A stretch of 64,000 nt of DNA from Polymyxa betae A26-41 (Eukaryota; Protista; Endomyxa: Phytomyxea). The stretch spans positions 1-64,000 of the forward strand of contig RBZT01000656.1 of NCBI GenBank assembly GCA_003693705.1, written 5' to 3'. Under the pieces are notes generated by a model. The model saw nothing but the letters and a program-made list of their open reading frames with translations, was not told the origin of the DNA and searched no databases. The translations under genes and the position numbers were made by a program. This document shows positions 1 to 11,005 of the stretch, one piece after another. Positions within the stretch are counted from its first letter, which is position 1, and each line of letters opens with the position of its first letter.

Positions 1-801
1 TTCGCTGGCGTTGTGACGTTCTCGTGCGATCTATTGGGATCGGATCTGGTTGTCGGCAAGCTGGTGCGCGGAAAGGGCCAGAAACGACGACTAAGATTCG
101 GCAAGACCATTCTGAGCTATTTAAGGCCGATCGGAGAGGATCAGGTCGATATCAATATGGATCAGGTCCTATATGATATTAGACGGCTTGGTGATGGGAT
201 TGTTATGGATATTTTCACTGATATCAACCAGTATAAAACATGTCTATAATTATATATACACGAGCTTATAAATAATTATTCGCTAACAGTGCCTTACCAT
301 ACACTGTATTGCTATTACAAAGTCCCAGCAGTGAGGATCTCCGAGCTTCCAAAGTGATTGAAGGAATACTAACAACATCTTCACAGCCATTCCCTCCTGA
401 GAATTGACTTCGGAGGTCAATTTCTCAGTAATCGTAACATCTCCCAAACCTGCCCATGAATGCAGACACACCTTCCACAAGCCTTGCAGCATGACTTGCT
501 GGTCACGATCGTAATCCTCTGGATAAAGCGCGACGGTCTTACGATCGGCATCATCTTCTGAATGGCTTAGCTTTGGACAATAAAAGAACAATGTTATTAG
601 CGACATTGGCATAAATAATGATAATGATACAAAGCAGGCATCACATGGTAACTGAGAGACGCGGCCTTTCCCCTACAAACAACAAGCTGGTGGTACATAC
701 ACAGGTCATTCCAAAAGAACTCTGACTGAGGCGGAATTTCATTAAATCACGTTTCAAATAGGTACTTTATTCTCTTTGTAATAGATATACGCTGAATCTA
801 A

Positions 802-967
802 GGGCTCGTTTGGCAACCACCACCGGAATTCCGTAGGTGATACCCATGGTCACACTAAAATTCGACGGAATTCCGGTTTCTCTGTCCACGCTCGCCAAAC
901 ACTCAAATCGCCAGAAATTCGGAAATTTCCGTTTTTCCGGCGAAATCGGGTGCTGCCAAACGAGCCC
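802..967. mobile_element. PIF/Harbinger-type (Tourist-like) MITE, 166 bp
   Basis: Perfect 14-bp terminal inverted repeats (TIRs) GGGCTCGTTTGGCA...TGCCAAACGAGCCC, with TAA on both sides (799-801 and 968-970). Also an internal 13-bp inverted repeat ACCGGAATTCCGT/ACGGAATTCCGGT. Confidence 0.9.
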
Positions 968-1400
968 TAAATGAAAAAAAGAATATTTGACACAGCCGAC
1001 ACGACGGCTTTTTCCCAGGCGACCAAGTCATGATCGCCTGGATGTAGCAGGCCGCTATCCAGCCTGCCTTCAGCACGAAAACGATAGGTCTCGGTGAAGG
1101 ACTGCTGATGGGTCTGGAGGGCGACCAGGTCGAGATGGAACGAAGTCTCCACCCTGAGCTGAGAACAATACCAAAACACGAACGTAGTCAGAGAAGATTA
1201 TATACCTCGTTAACATTCCTCGAAAGCTGCTTCGTCACATTGAGGTGATTTCGGGCCTTCTCCAATTTGGCCGGAAAGCCGTCGCCACTCGACTCATGTT
1301 CGCCATTCGTCATGATCGCAGCCTCAATCGATTCGAAAAGGATTCCTACATCAGCGAGAAGGTGCTGAAGGCTCACATTGGTGCAGAGAAGATCGGGCTT
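967..1400 (-). pseudogene. Degenerate copy of an unidentified repeat-family ORF (possibly retroelement gag-like)
   Basis: The translation GILFESIEAAIMTN...AKLEKARNHLNVTKQLSRNVNEV aligns with GILFELIECAIMTN...AKLERSRQHIKVMKLLSKNVNEV at 3070-3345. Confidence 0.45.
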
Positions 1401-1470
1401 AAAACATGTATTTTGATTATGTGCTGGAATAAGTTTCACTTCTGTCTTCCAACATGTTGGAGAAGGCAAT

Positions 1471-1822
1471 TAGGGTTCCGATCGATACCGGTACTACCAG
1501 ACTACCGGGTCGATTCGGGTACTACCCGAATCAGTACTAACACTCTTTTCTGTGATAACTAAGATCTCTTTTTGACTGTTTTTCCAAACATCAACGCATT
1601 GTAACGCTCCGGGGCCAGAGAGTGACATCGAAATCCAGTTACATCCCGTCCGGTGTTGAAAAATACGCTCAATTAACAGAATCGGAAGACCCCGGTATAG
1701 AAAGAAACCTGGGAATGACCATGAGGACAACCACAGTCAATCAGGACTTCTGACAAGTTTCTTTAATTTTCGGGTTTTCGGTTCGGGTACAGCATTCAAA
1801 CCCGAACCTGATCGGAGCCCTA
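1471..1822 (-). mobile_element. Non-autonomous, internally deleted hAT element
   Basis: TIRs TAGGGTTCCGATCG and TGATCGGAGCCCTA match 12/14, with CCCGAA/TTCGGG subterminal motifs. A frameshifted internal remnant reads FLSIPGSSDSV-ERIFNTGRDVTGFRCHSLAPERYNALMF, the hAT C-terminal dimerization motif. No 8-bp TSD is visible. Confidence 0.75.
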
Positions 1823-2379
1823 CCGTTTTGCTCACTTAGTAGTAGTGGGCACTGACTAATCCCCCCGATTAATTCGGCCAAACTTGCGATTAAGTATGTG
1901 CGCAGTTTTAATTAAAGACAAACGTTACCGTCTTGTTTCTCTTCGTCTCTTCAGCAAATGGTTGCTGGTCATCCTCAGAGTGTTTTGGCACAAGGACACT
2001 ACCGGGCTCCTCTTGCCCTCCAGCAGGGGCAATCAACGCTGCAGGATTTGGTCTCGGCGGAAGACTATCTGCTCTTAACACGTTTAGGGCGCTCCTCGAT
2101 TCCGCCGACGGCAACTAATACCGACGTCGTGAATGCTTTTAATTTGTGAGTACGCCAATTGCTGTCATGAACGCCAAATTGAATGAATACTAGACGTACC
2201 AGACTGAGATTTGCATTGAACAATCTGCTGGACTGCAAGCGGCTATTTCTGCCGCCGTAGCACAGGTTCTGCCTCAGGTCTCACCGGGTGCCTTAGCGCA
2301 GGTTCTGCCTCGCGCTTTGAACGAAAACATCTCTGGGACTGGACCCGTGACGATTCCTTCCTAGCTGGGGTCCAACACG

Positions 2380-3345
2380 CTCTCACGAAGTCCAAGTGGC
2401 GCCCACAGCGCCGATTTGTACGCCTGTTGTCCACCTGGCCTTGCTAGGCGACTGCAGATGGACAGAGCCCGGCAGTCCGCGAACCAGAAAGCGCAGCTGA
2501 CTTGTGATAGACCCCATGGGGCCATACCCAACGGTATTTCTCACTCTGGAGTGAAAGGAAAGAGATCTGGGACCCCTTGACTTATCTACGACAGCCATCC
2601 GGGCTAGGGCCAAGTTTATTATCATGAAATCTACTCCACAAGCAGACGATCTAAGCTTGGCAGCAGTAAACCCTTGATATCCGCCGACATCTCCGCAAAC
2701 GCGTCTGGGAGTAAGTTGCTGATTGTCCATTTCTCAAGATGCTGTTGGCACTCCAGCTGTGACATGCCAGCTGTCAACTCCGTGACCAGATCGGTCAAGG
2801 TGCTTAGAGGGTAGGAGCATTCCGCGGCGAGAAACCAGAACTTTGCGGCCTACCCTCGTAATCCATCCTGCTCAAACCAATCTTCCTGCGAGAGATACGT
2901 GGCCAGGTCGGTCAGACGCCCAATCTTGGAGGTATCCGACGACGGCTGCAACGCCCAAGCCTGCTCGTTGTTGGTCATGATTTTACACTCAATCAATTCA
3001 AACAGAGTTCCTAAATGTAGGTTATTCGAGCTAGCTTTATAACCCCAACTGAAGATGAGAACTACATACCTAAGTAAAAGTTACCTCGTTTACGTTCTTG
3101 GACAGCAGCTTCATCACCTTGATGTGCTGTCGAGACCTCTCGAGCTTTGCTTCAGATTCTTCCGGTGCGGAAGCCTGCTCGCGATCGTTGTTGGTCATGA
3201 TTGCACACTCAATCAATTCGAACAGAATTCCTAAATGTACGGTAATCGAGCTAGCTTCATAACCCTTAAGATGAGAACTACATACCTGGAATGGAGCGAA
3301 TAACGCCCTGAGACCGCTGCTGTGCATAAATGTCGACACAGACAC
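2380..3345 (-). pseudogene. Degenerate repeat/retroelement-like remnant with an internal ~110-bp duplication
   Basis: 2959-3071 is a diverged direct copy of about 3172-3287, and the region is homologous to 1188-1400. Only weak RT-like fragments (MAVVD..., ...PMG) are seen at 2500-2610. Confidence 0.35.
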
Positions 3346-3429
3346 GGGGAAAAGCGACTTAACTTTAAGAGAACCAGTTAAGTAATATAAGCGAGTCTAC
3401 GGTTCGGGTACAGGTGTCCGGAATGAGCA

Positions 3430-4192
3430 TGCAACCAGATGTAATACCCTTTGCGATTCCGAAAAGGATGGGCACATCCCTTCTGGGGCTTTGCTAGAAT
3501 ATGTGTTCCGTCCAAGGCTCCAACGCAGTCTTTGAAATAAGGAAAGAACCGGGGATCATCCTTGATTTTATCTGGCACAATGCCAATGCCAGGAAGATGA
3601 ATAGCATCTGGTCCCAATGCGACAATGGCATTGAGGACCTCGTAAAAGTACCTGAATTTCATTAAAAGACCATATTAATGAATTGCATAGATTTTTATCG
3701 TCCAACCGCTTCGTTGCCAACGTTCTTGACAGTTTCGATTCGTGGCGTTCTGTCCAATAATGTACAGAAATATACAGTTTCTCATCAACAGAAACATATC
3801 GGCTGTCTTGGAGAAGCTCCTTGGTCAGCAGTACTTCTCGGATTGGGAAATAGGTAGATTTCGTCATCCGAAGGTTCTCTCGAAAACGTCGAGAGTTCCC
3901 TTTGATCAGTTCTTCGACCCACGCTTGCCCAGTCAAATAGGACGTGCGACATGGCTCCTTCAATACGAAAGCGGCTGCATACCAGATAACAGCAGTTAAA
4001 GCTACGATAACAGATAAATCCATAGAAAAAAATGCAGAACGTTTTGAAAACGGAGCCAAAACGGAGGTCAGACCTCCGCTTTCAAAACGGCCGTTTTGCC
4101 CCGTTTTCCGAAAACGGAAACGGAGCTCCATTTGGTTACCAAACGTCAAAATTGCGCAAAACGGCCGTTTGGAAGTGTTACCAAACGCACTC
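3430..4192 (-). mobile_element. Truncated PIF/Harbinger DNA transposon (transposase pseudogene plus 5' end)
   Basis: Motifs LTGQAWVEELI, RFRENLRM, SVDEKL, FFPYFKDCVGALDGTHI and FRNRKG (HARBI1/DDE_Tnp_4 family) occur with frameshifts. The end TACCAAACGCACTC is followed by TAA (4193-4195), and AAACGG subterminal repeats lie at 4040-4220. Confidence 0.88.
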
Positions 4193-4579
4193 TAATTTGA
4201 TACATAAACGGCCGTTTGGAAAAGTCATACCAATCGCGATCATATCTTCGAGCTGGACCTGGATTGCTGGTCAGATACGTTAGGCATCTCGTAGAAGTCC
4301 ACTGAGCAGATGCTTTTCTCAAAGTAGCATCGACAATCTTTTGCAAAGACTACGAAGATCATAGCCTGGACAATACAGGCGAGTAGTATTATATCGCATA
4401 AGCGAAACCGTTCAGAGCGAATGCGTCAAGTTTCCTAATCTGTTTTGCATTTATTGACGACCGTAGCACGTTATACAGCTTTTTAGTCAATATAAACAAG
4501 TACTTTGGTACAATGACATCCACAATGGAGAAATCTAAGCAAATTATGACAATTTATCTGTTTAGGACAATGCCAAAGC

Positions 4580-7168
4580 TCAATAGCTTCGCCCAAACAA
4601 GGTGTAGCTCTTAGCAGGTTTGCTACAGCAGAAGCAAACAGTTCCAGATTGTAGTTCAGGCTGATCGAACGGAATGCACAGCGACTTAGCAGCGCCGGTA
4701 AGCTTCTCAAAGCCGTCAGCAGCCGCCTGAGCCTGAGCAGCTTCATCCTCTTCTTCGACCAAGTCCGATTCAATTCTGGACTTCTCTTTCACATTATCTT
4801 CGCAGACCTCCTCCTCACAGAATGGCACCAGAACGCGATTACCTATCGGATGATTATCAGAAGAATAAACAACAGTGCATCCAAGAACAACAAACCTTGG
4901 TTCAGGTAAGTCATGAAATCTTTCCAGGTTTCTCCTTTCTTCAGGCGTGCATCGCTATCAGCCTTGGCCCTTTGAAGCATATCTTGCTGCATGGTTTGCA
5001 GAAGAGACGGGATTTGCGCCTGCAATTCGTCAATGGGAATAATAGTCTTGGCGCCAGTGTCACGCCGAACTGCAACAACCTGAACGAATACAAATCGTGT
5101 CAATCGTTGATTGACGAGCTAATAACACATCCAGAAGTGATACCTGGCGATTCTTGAGGTCACGAGGGCCGAGTTCAATACGCAATGGAACGCCTTTCAG
5201 CTCCCATTGGTTGTACTTCCAGCCGGGAGTGTAAATCGTTCGACAATCCGAATCGCAGCGGACATCGATTTCGGTTAACGCCTGCTTGACAGAGGCGACA
5301 GCATCGTCCATGACGGAGTTCTCTTCCGCTTTCGACATGTAAATCGGGATGATAATGCACTGAATAGGAGCGACACGAGGAGGAAGGACCAAGCCCTTGT
5401 CGTCACCATGCACCATAACCATAACACCAATGGAGCGTGTAGTAAGACCCCAAGAATTCTGCCAGACCAGGCTCTTCTCAGCGTTGCTTCCGCTCTCAAA
5501 TTCGATCTTGAACATTTTGGCGAAGTTCTGGCCTAGACAATGGGACGTAGCGCCTTGAACACCACGACCGTTAGCAGGGACGAAGGCCTCGGCAGTCGTC
5601 GTATACAAGGCTCCGGCGAACTTCTCTCTCTTCGTTTTGCGACCCTTGATGATAGGGCAGGCAAGCAGATCTTCATACACAGTGGCGTACAGATCGAGGA
5701 TTTCCAGCACCTCCTTCTCGGCGCCCTGCTTGGTGGCATGTGCCGTATGGCCTTCTTGCCAAAGAAATTCACGAGATCGGATGAATGGGGTTGGATGCTT
5801 AAACTCCCAACGGACGACTATTTAGAACAGATTAGAAAAAATAAAGCATGTCAGCGACCGCTTCATACCATTCGACCACTGATTCAATTTTAATGGAAGA
5901 TCACGGTGAGATCGGATCCATCGAGACATCAATGGGTACATAACTATGACCATTTAGACCTCCAAAGGACATCAAGAATGAAACGGCGAATACCGGTTTC
6001 GGATGTTGGGCGAATGGCAATCTGCTGGTCGAGCTCTTTCTTCCCAGCTTTAGTAACCCAGGCGACTTCAGCAGAGAACCCCTCGACGTGGTCTTTCTCT
6101 TTGTTGAGAGCAGACTCGGAGACGAATAGCGGGAAGTACGAGTTCTGAACACCCATCTTCTTGATGCAAACGTTGAAGTAATTCTGGATTTCCTCCCAGA
6201 TGAAATACGACCTGACCAAAATGGGCGATTGTAAAATGGCTAATATGGCGAATAATTACCAAGGACGCAAGATGTAGCAGCCAGAAATATCGTAATAGTC
6301 GATCATCTCTGAACGTAAGACGACCTGCGAATACCATGGCCCGAAGGTCTTAGAAGTCTTGGGAATATCAATACCCAGGGAGACTTGTTGCGGCTGTAAG
6401 GTTGCAATTAGAGAACGGCTCAATCCGAAGGAGTTTGATCCCTGATACCTCTTTAACAACCGTAACAGCAGGCTTCAATTCCTTTTTTGGTTCTTCTGCG
6501 GCAACAGAAGCATCGAAATCAACAACAGCAGCTGAATGATTAACAGATTTTAAGAACGCCTATAGTTGATTAGACGTCGAGATAGCAGATCTCCATGAAC
6601 CTACCATAAGATCGGCAGTCGCCATCTCAACGGTGGCCTCGTTCGACAATGGATGCAGCATGACAGAGGCGCTATCAGCAACAGTCTTAGAGATAACAAC
6701 AGTGACGAGATTGTTGGAGTCATTCTGGACAGCGAGAGGTGTCACCGAGCCTTTCTCCACTCCAAGGAGTTGGGTCATTTCATCATCGGCAACGAATCGG
6801 AAAGCAGACGATGCGTCTTTCTATTGAAGTTCAGCATAACTGAATAAAGTGAAAGGTTACGCCTACGATCTGCTTTACAAGAAGCTTGAGGTCGAGAGCG
6901 CGGTTGTGCTCGAAACAAACCAGGAACACCCGCTTCTTCTTATCTTTCAGGACCAAATTCTTAACGAGAACGCAGCCAGAGGGAACAGGTCCAACAAATT
7001 CCGCCTGCTGTTCAGCCGTCATCGCCTAGGCGAATTACAATCAGCCCAGAGACATCGCATAGCAACCGTCGCGGCTACCTTTTCATGGCGCTGAACGGAC
7101 TTGAACCCAGACAGGCCTAGCGATTGGAATTTGGCGGAGAGGTCGTGTAGATGCTGATCTACTGTCAT
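4580..7168 (-). CDS. Prolyl-tRNA synthetase (eukaryotic/archaeal type) with N-terminal YbaK/ProX editing-type domain; multi-exon
   Basis: Motifs [75 protein letters not shown] and the LFGRSY C-terminus. N-terminal KNLVLKDKK / [10 protein letters not shown] / HPLSN. Confidence 0.95.
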
Positions 7169-7481
7169 AGCGCTGCGATCCAGAAAGCAATATGCCGCTC
7201 TATCAATGAAAGCCTGCTGGGGTCTGCAATACAGATGGGCCTGGGGTCGAGGGGCGCAGCTAAGAGATTCCGGGCGGAGTCCGTCACTAACTCTCCGTAT
7301 CTAATTTCGGCCTCATGTCACATGCCAAGGGCGCAGGAACAATAGACAATCGGTCGTGCCCCAAAAGACATGGCACAGCGTATTTGATACAGAATTTCTC
7401 GTATCTTACAAAATGTACATAAAAATTGTTAAATAATCGCGATTCTGTATGTACTGCTAAACGATCCGTGTGTAAACAGCA

Positions 7482-9190
7482 ATGGACGCCAATGATCCGG
7501 CGCTGAATCAGCTGCTGGAACAAGCCGCCGATGAGGAATCAGGCTTGCAGATCGCCATCTTGACGATCGACAGGATAGTCGAGAATGCGGCACAAACACT
7601 TCATAATCATTTTCTTGATACACGAATTCCCAGTATCGTCAGCACCGACACCGTTCGCGATGTACTCGATATCCTTCAGGTGAAATACAACAACTTATAG
7701 CGGAAATCATTCTCAAAGATTGTATCAGGAGCGATTGAAAACCATCATTGCGGCGGATCCTGACCTGAACCCGATCTGGATACCAGAAGCTGGTTTAGAG
7801 CCGGATTATATGTTTGCTGTCAATTAAACTGAAATCTGATGTAGAGCCGATACCTCCTCCAATCGACGTCCAGGCTTCAGGAGTCATGAGAGTCTTTCAA
7901 CATTCAGTTCCGGTCGGATATCAGGAATTCAAAGCCGGCGAGCCGAGCGACGGGAGGGAATCGACCGTCTCAAGCAGCAGACGGTCGAGCTCGAAACGTT
8001 CAGTGGCTCGAAATCCGATTTCAAAGCCCGATGACCGAGGATCAATGCGACAACCAGAGCCGCCGAAACTCGCCAAAATCGTCGAACCGGTTGATAACAT
8101 TCAACAGCGAATTCGAAATAGATACTCATGTTTGTATTAGAGGCAGATCCCACCAGAAGTTGAGGAACGCGAACGGTTTCGGGAGTTACATATGAAGCGG
8201 TTGGCTCGCCCCAATCCGACAACGACGGGGATGACGACAGTCGCCCGCATTGAGACCGACGCTGAAACAGAACAGTTGAACAAGATTCTGGAGGCAGCTG
8301 CAGGTCGCCCATATACTTATGATAGTCATGGAGGGCCAGTCGTAATCTCTGCCCTGAAACCCGAACGTCTACCTCCATTCTTGGCAAGAACCGAGGTCGT
8401 CGTTCCTCCAGACACACCAATACCCGAACCGTTGCCTGAGAAGAAGAAACCGAAACCGAAAAGGGAGAAGAAGAATAACGCTGCATTCGTCAAGCCATCG
8501 ACCGATGCGCAGCCGACCATTGCACAATCGATCGTGATGGCTCCAGGCGTCACAATCAAAGAAGGATCGGTGGTGAAGAGCGGCGAGAAGGCACTCGAAT
8601 CGCTTTCTGTCGAGAACATGACCCTGGCTCAATATCGAGCATATCTGGAACAGGAATCGCCGTCGTTGACAGAGAAGGTTCCCGATCCTGGTGTTCTGCC
8701 TTCAGTATTGCCGGATGTTGGACCTGCGACACCCAGCAGACCATCCAGCCCATCGACTCGATTTAATGAGCTGCTGATTAAGGATCCGAACTGGGGCACT
8801 AACCCTGATATGCAAAATGTCAGGCCTGTTAGTATAAGGAGTGTGGCAAGACCCCCAGCTAATAGGATGCAAACCCGAACTCCAAGAACAAGGCCCTTCA
8901 TAGAGAAGATGATTCCAAAAAAGCATCTTTCGCACCCGATTTTTCCCCGATCGAAAGGACATGAAGGGCGAATTCCAAGGTCGACGTTCAGGAATGAGGT
9001 GAGTAGATTGTGTGGCTTGGGAGATCGTACATTGACATTTGGTTAGAAATCGAGCATCGAGAAGGTCAGAAGAGCAGCACGTGATGAAGTTCAGTATCCA
9101 AAACGGATAGAGAAAAGAGGACAACCGCAGCCGAAAATTTACACTACGCCTCTTGCCAAGAGGTTATTTAGCGGCGAATCCATGCAGTGA
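7482..9190 (+). CDS. Conserved hypothetical protein, C2orf81 (DUF4639)-like; multi-exon
   Basis: IPSIV..TVRDVLDILQ and WIPEA/EPIPPPIDVQASGVMRV resemble the C2orf81 N-terminal motifs. GT-AG introns join the exons. Confidence 0.5.
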
Positions 9191-9297
9191 ATGTTAGCAC
9201 AATGCTAATTTAATATATAAAGGGCGATATTTTGGCATAGGTACACTGATAACACTAAACAGCGTATTGCTTGCAGATAGAAAGCACATTAGCTGTT

Positions 9298-10434
9298 TCA
9301 AATATGGATAACAGGCGATGGTGGTACGAGCACGTTTGGCGGGAGCCATTCGTTCTCCTGGTTGGCAGTAGCTATTGCGTTGTTTAAAGTATTGCGAAGA
9401 AGCTCCATTACACAAACAGGACCAATACCGCCTGGAACTGGTGTAATGTGCCCAGCCACGTCTTGAACCTAATATAGCTGACTTAGCGGCTTTTCAATAA
9501 AGCTACGAGGTTTAGACCTGTTCAAAGTTAACATCACCAACGCATTGCGTTATGCCATGTTTTAGGATATAATTGATGCCGATGTCGATAACAGCAGCAC
9601 CAGGCTTAATCCAATCGCCACGAACCATGTCGGGGACTCCAGCGGCTGCTACAACGATGTCGGCCTATTCTCATTTCTCAGCATTGCATTTTTTGTAATA
9701 ACGGCATCAACCGTTTGGCACATCTGCTTCAAAGTTTCTTTGGGTGTTCTCTTTCCAGCGTTTATGACAGTCGCACCACGGTGCATCAAGAACAGGGTGG
9801 TTGGCATGCCAGCAATTCTTGACCTTCCGATAACCAACTACAACGTCTCAATAAAGGCTTTGAGATAACAGAGAAGTTGTACTAACAGCCGTTCTGCCAG
9901 CAACATCAACCCCATAGTGGTCAAGAAAGGTAGCACAAGCTTTTGCAGCGCAGGGGACGTTGCTTGAAAGGGCTGGGTTCTTGTGGTGACCAAGAGCTAA
10001 TGATCCGATGTTGGACGCATGGAATCCATCAACGTCTTTATCGAGTTTAATAGCCTAAGAGTATTGTAAGTTTTGTTTAAACAGCGTTATCTACCTCCAA
10101 CCTGTAAGATCCTTGACGTGTTAATGTGATCTGGTAGAGGGAGCTGTACAACGATGCCGTGCGTTCGGATATCGTCGTTAAACTCGTCAATAGTTTCTAG
10201 CAACCTTTCCTCGGAAACATTTGAGGGCAACATTCGCAAGAAGAAGTTGAAACCGAGATCAACAGCAGCGATGTTCTTGTTTCGAGCGAACTGCATCGAT
10301 GGGGCATGATCGCCGACGAGAATCGTCGCCAGTCCAGGTGTGACATCCGCTCGTTGCCGCGCAGCATGAATCTCTGCACGAAGCGCCTGGGCGACTGCAA
10401 TGCCATCCATAATAATAGCCCGAGAGAAGGCCAT
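9298..10434 (-). CDS. folD: Methylenetetrahydrofolate dehydrogenase/cyclohydrolase (FolD family); multi-exon
   Basis: Motifs [51 protein letters not shown] and [10 protein letters not shown]. Confidence 0.92.
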
Positions 10435-11005
10435 GATAGTAGGAAGGCAACCCCCTAACTAGTGTAGGCAGCAGCAGCTCGCTAGGTCTGAGCGCAACTA
10501 TACGAGCACAGCTGCGAGGTCTATGATACACTCACTATAACAAAGGCTACCAGATGATATCATATCGCCTTGCTCTCACCGGCATGTCGGGTGCCAACTT
10601 CAAACGCATTCTGTCGTTGCAAGCCTCACGGAAACAAGTGGGTCTCCCGATTTGCTCGTCAAGGCCTGTATGCCTTAGCAGCACTGTGGCACGAGGCGGG
10701 TCGCCGTAAAATGAGTTCAATTGTAAACTAGCAGGTGTCGTCCCAGATCTTTGCGAGCTATCAGGTATCCTCAACGACGAATTTTTTTGGCATCAAGATG
10801 CCAGTTGTTTATTAGTACACGTATCGAATCCAATTACATATAAAAAAGTTGGACATGATTGGAAAAACGAGTTTTCCTAGAACGATCAGAATTTCTTTGA
10901 CAGGTACCGTAGAGTCTACCGACGATCGTTCGCTATTAACAATGACATATTAAGGGCAGATCGGGCCCAGATGGATCGCTTCCATAGGTTTTAGATGCCG
11001 TGTCG

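Noticed and set aside
7929-8486. 185-aa minus-strand ORF and similar overlapping short ORFs throughout the window
   Set aside because: These are antisense or alternative-frame shadows of spliced genes.
10280-10340. FolD YxxxK motif reads FARNK
   Set aside because: A conservative aromatic change; the catalytic Lys, Gln and Asp motifs are intact.
10523-10540. ATACACTCACTATA resembles the T7 promoter
   Set aside because: Imperfect match with no vector context; most likely chance.
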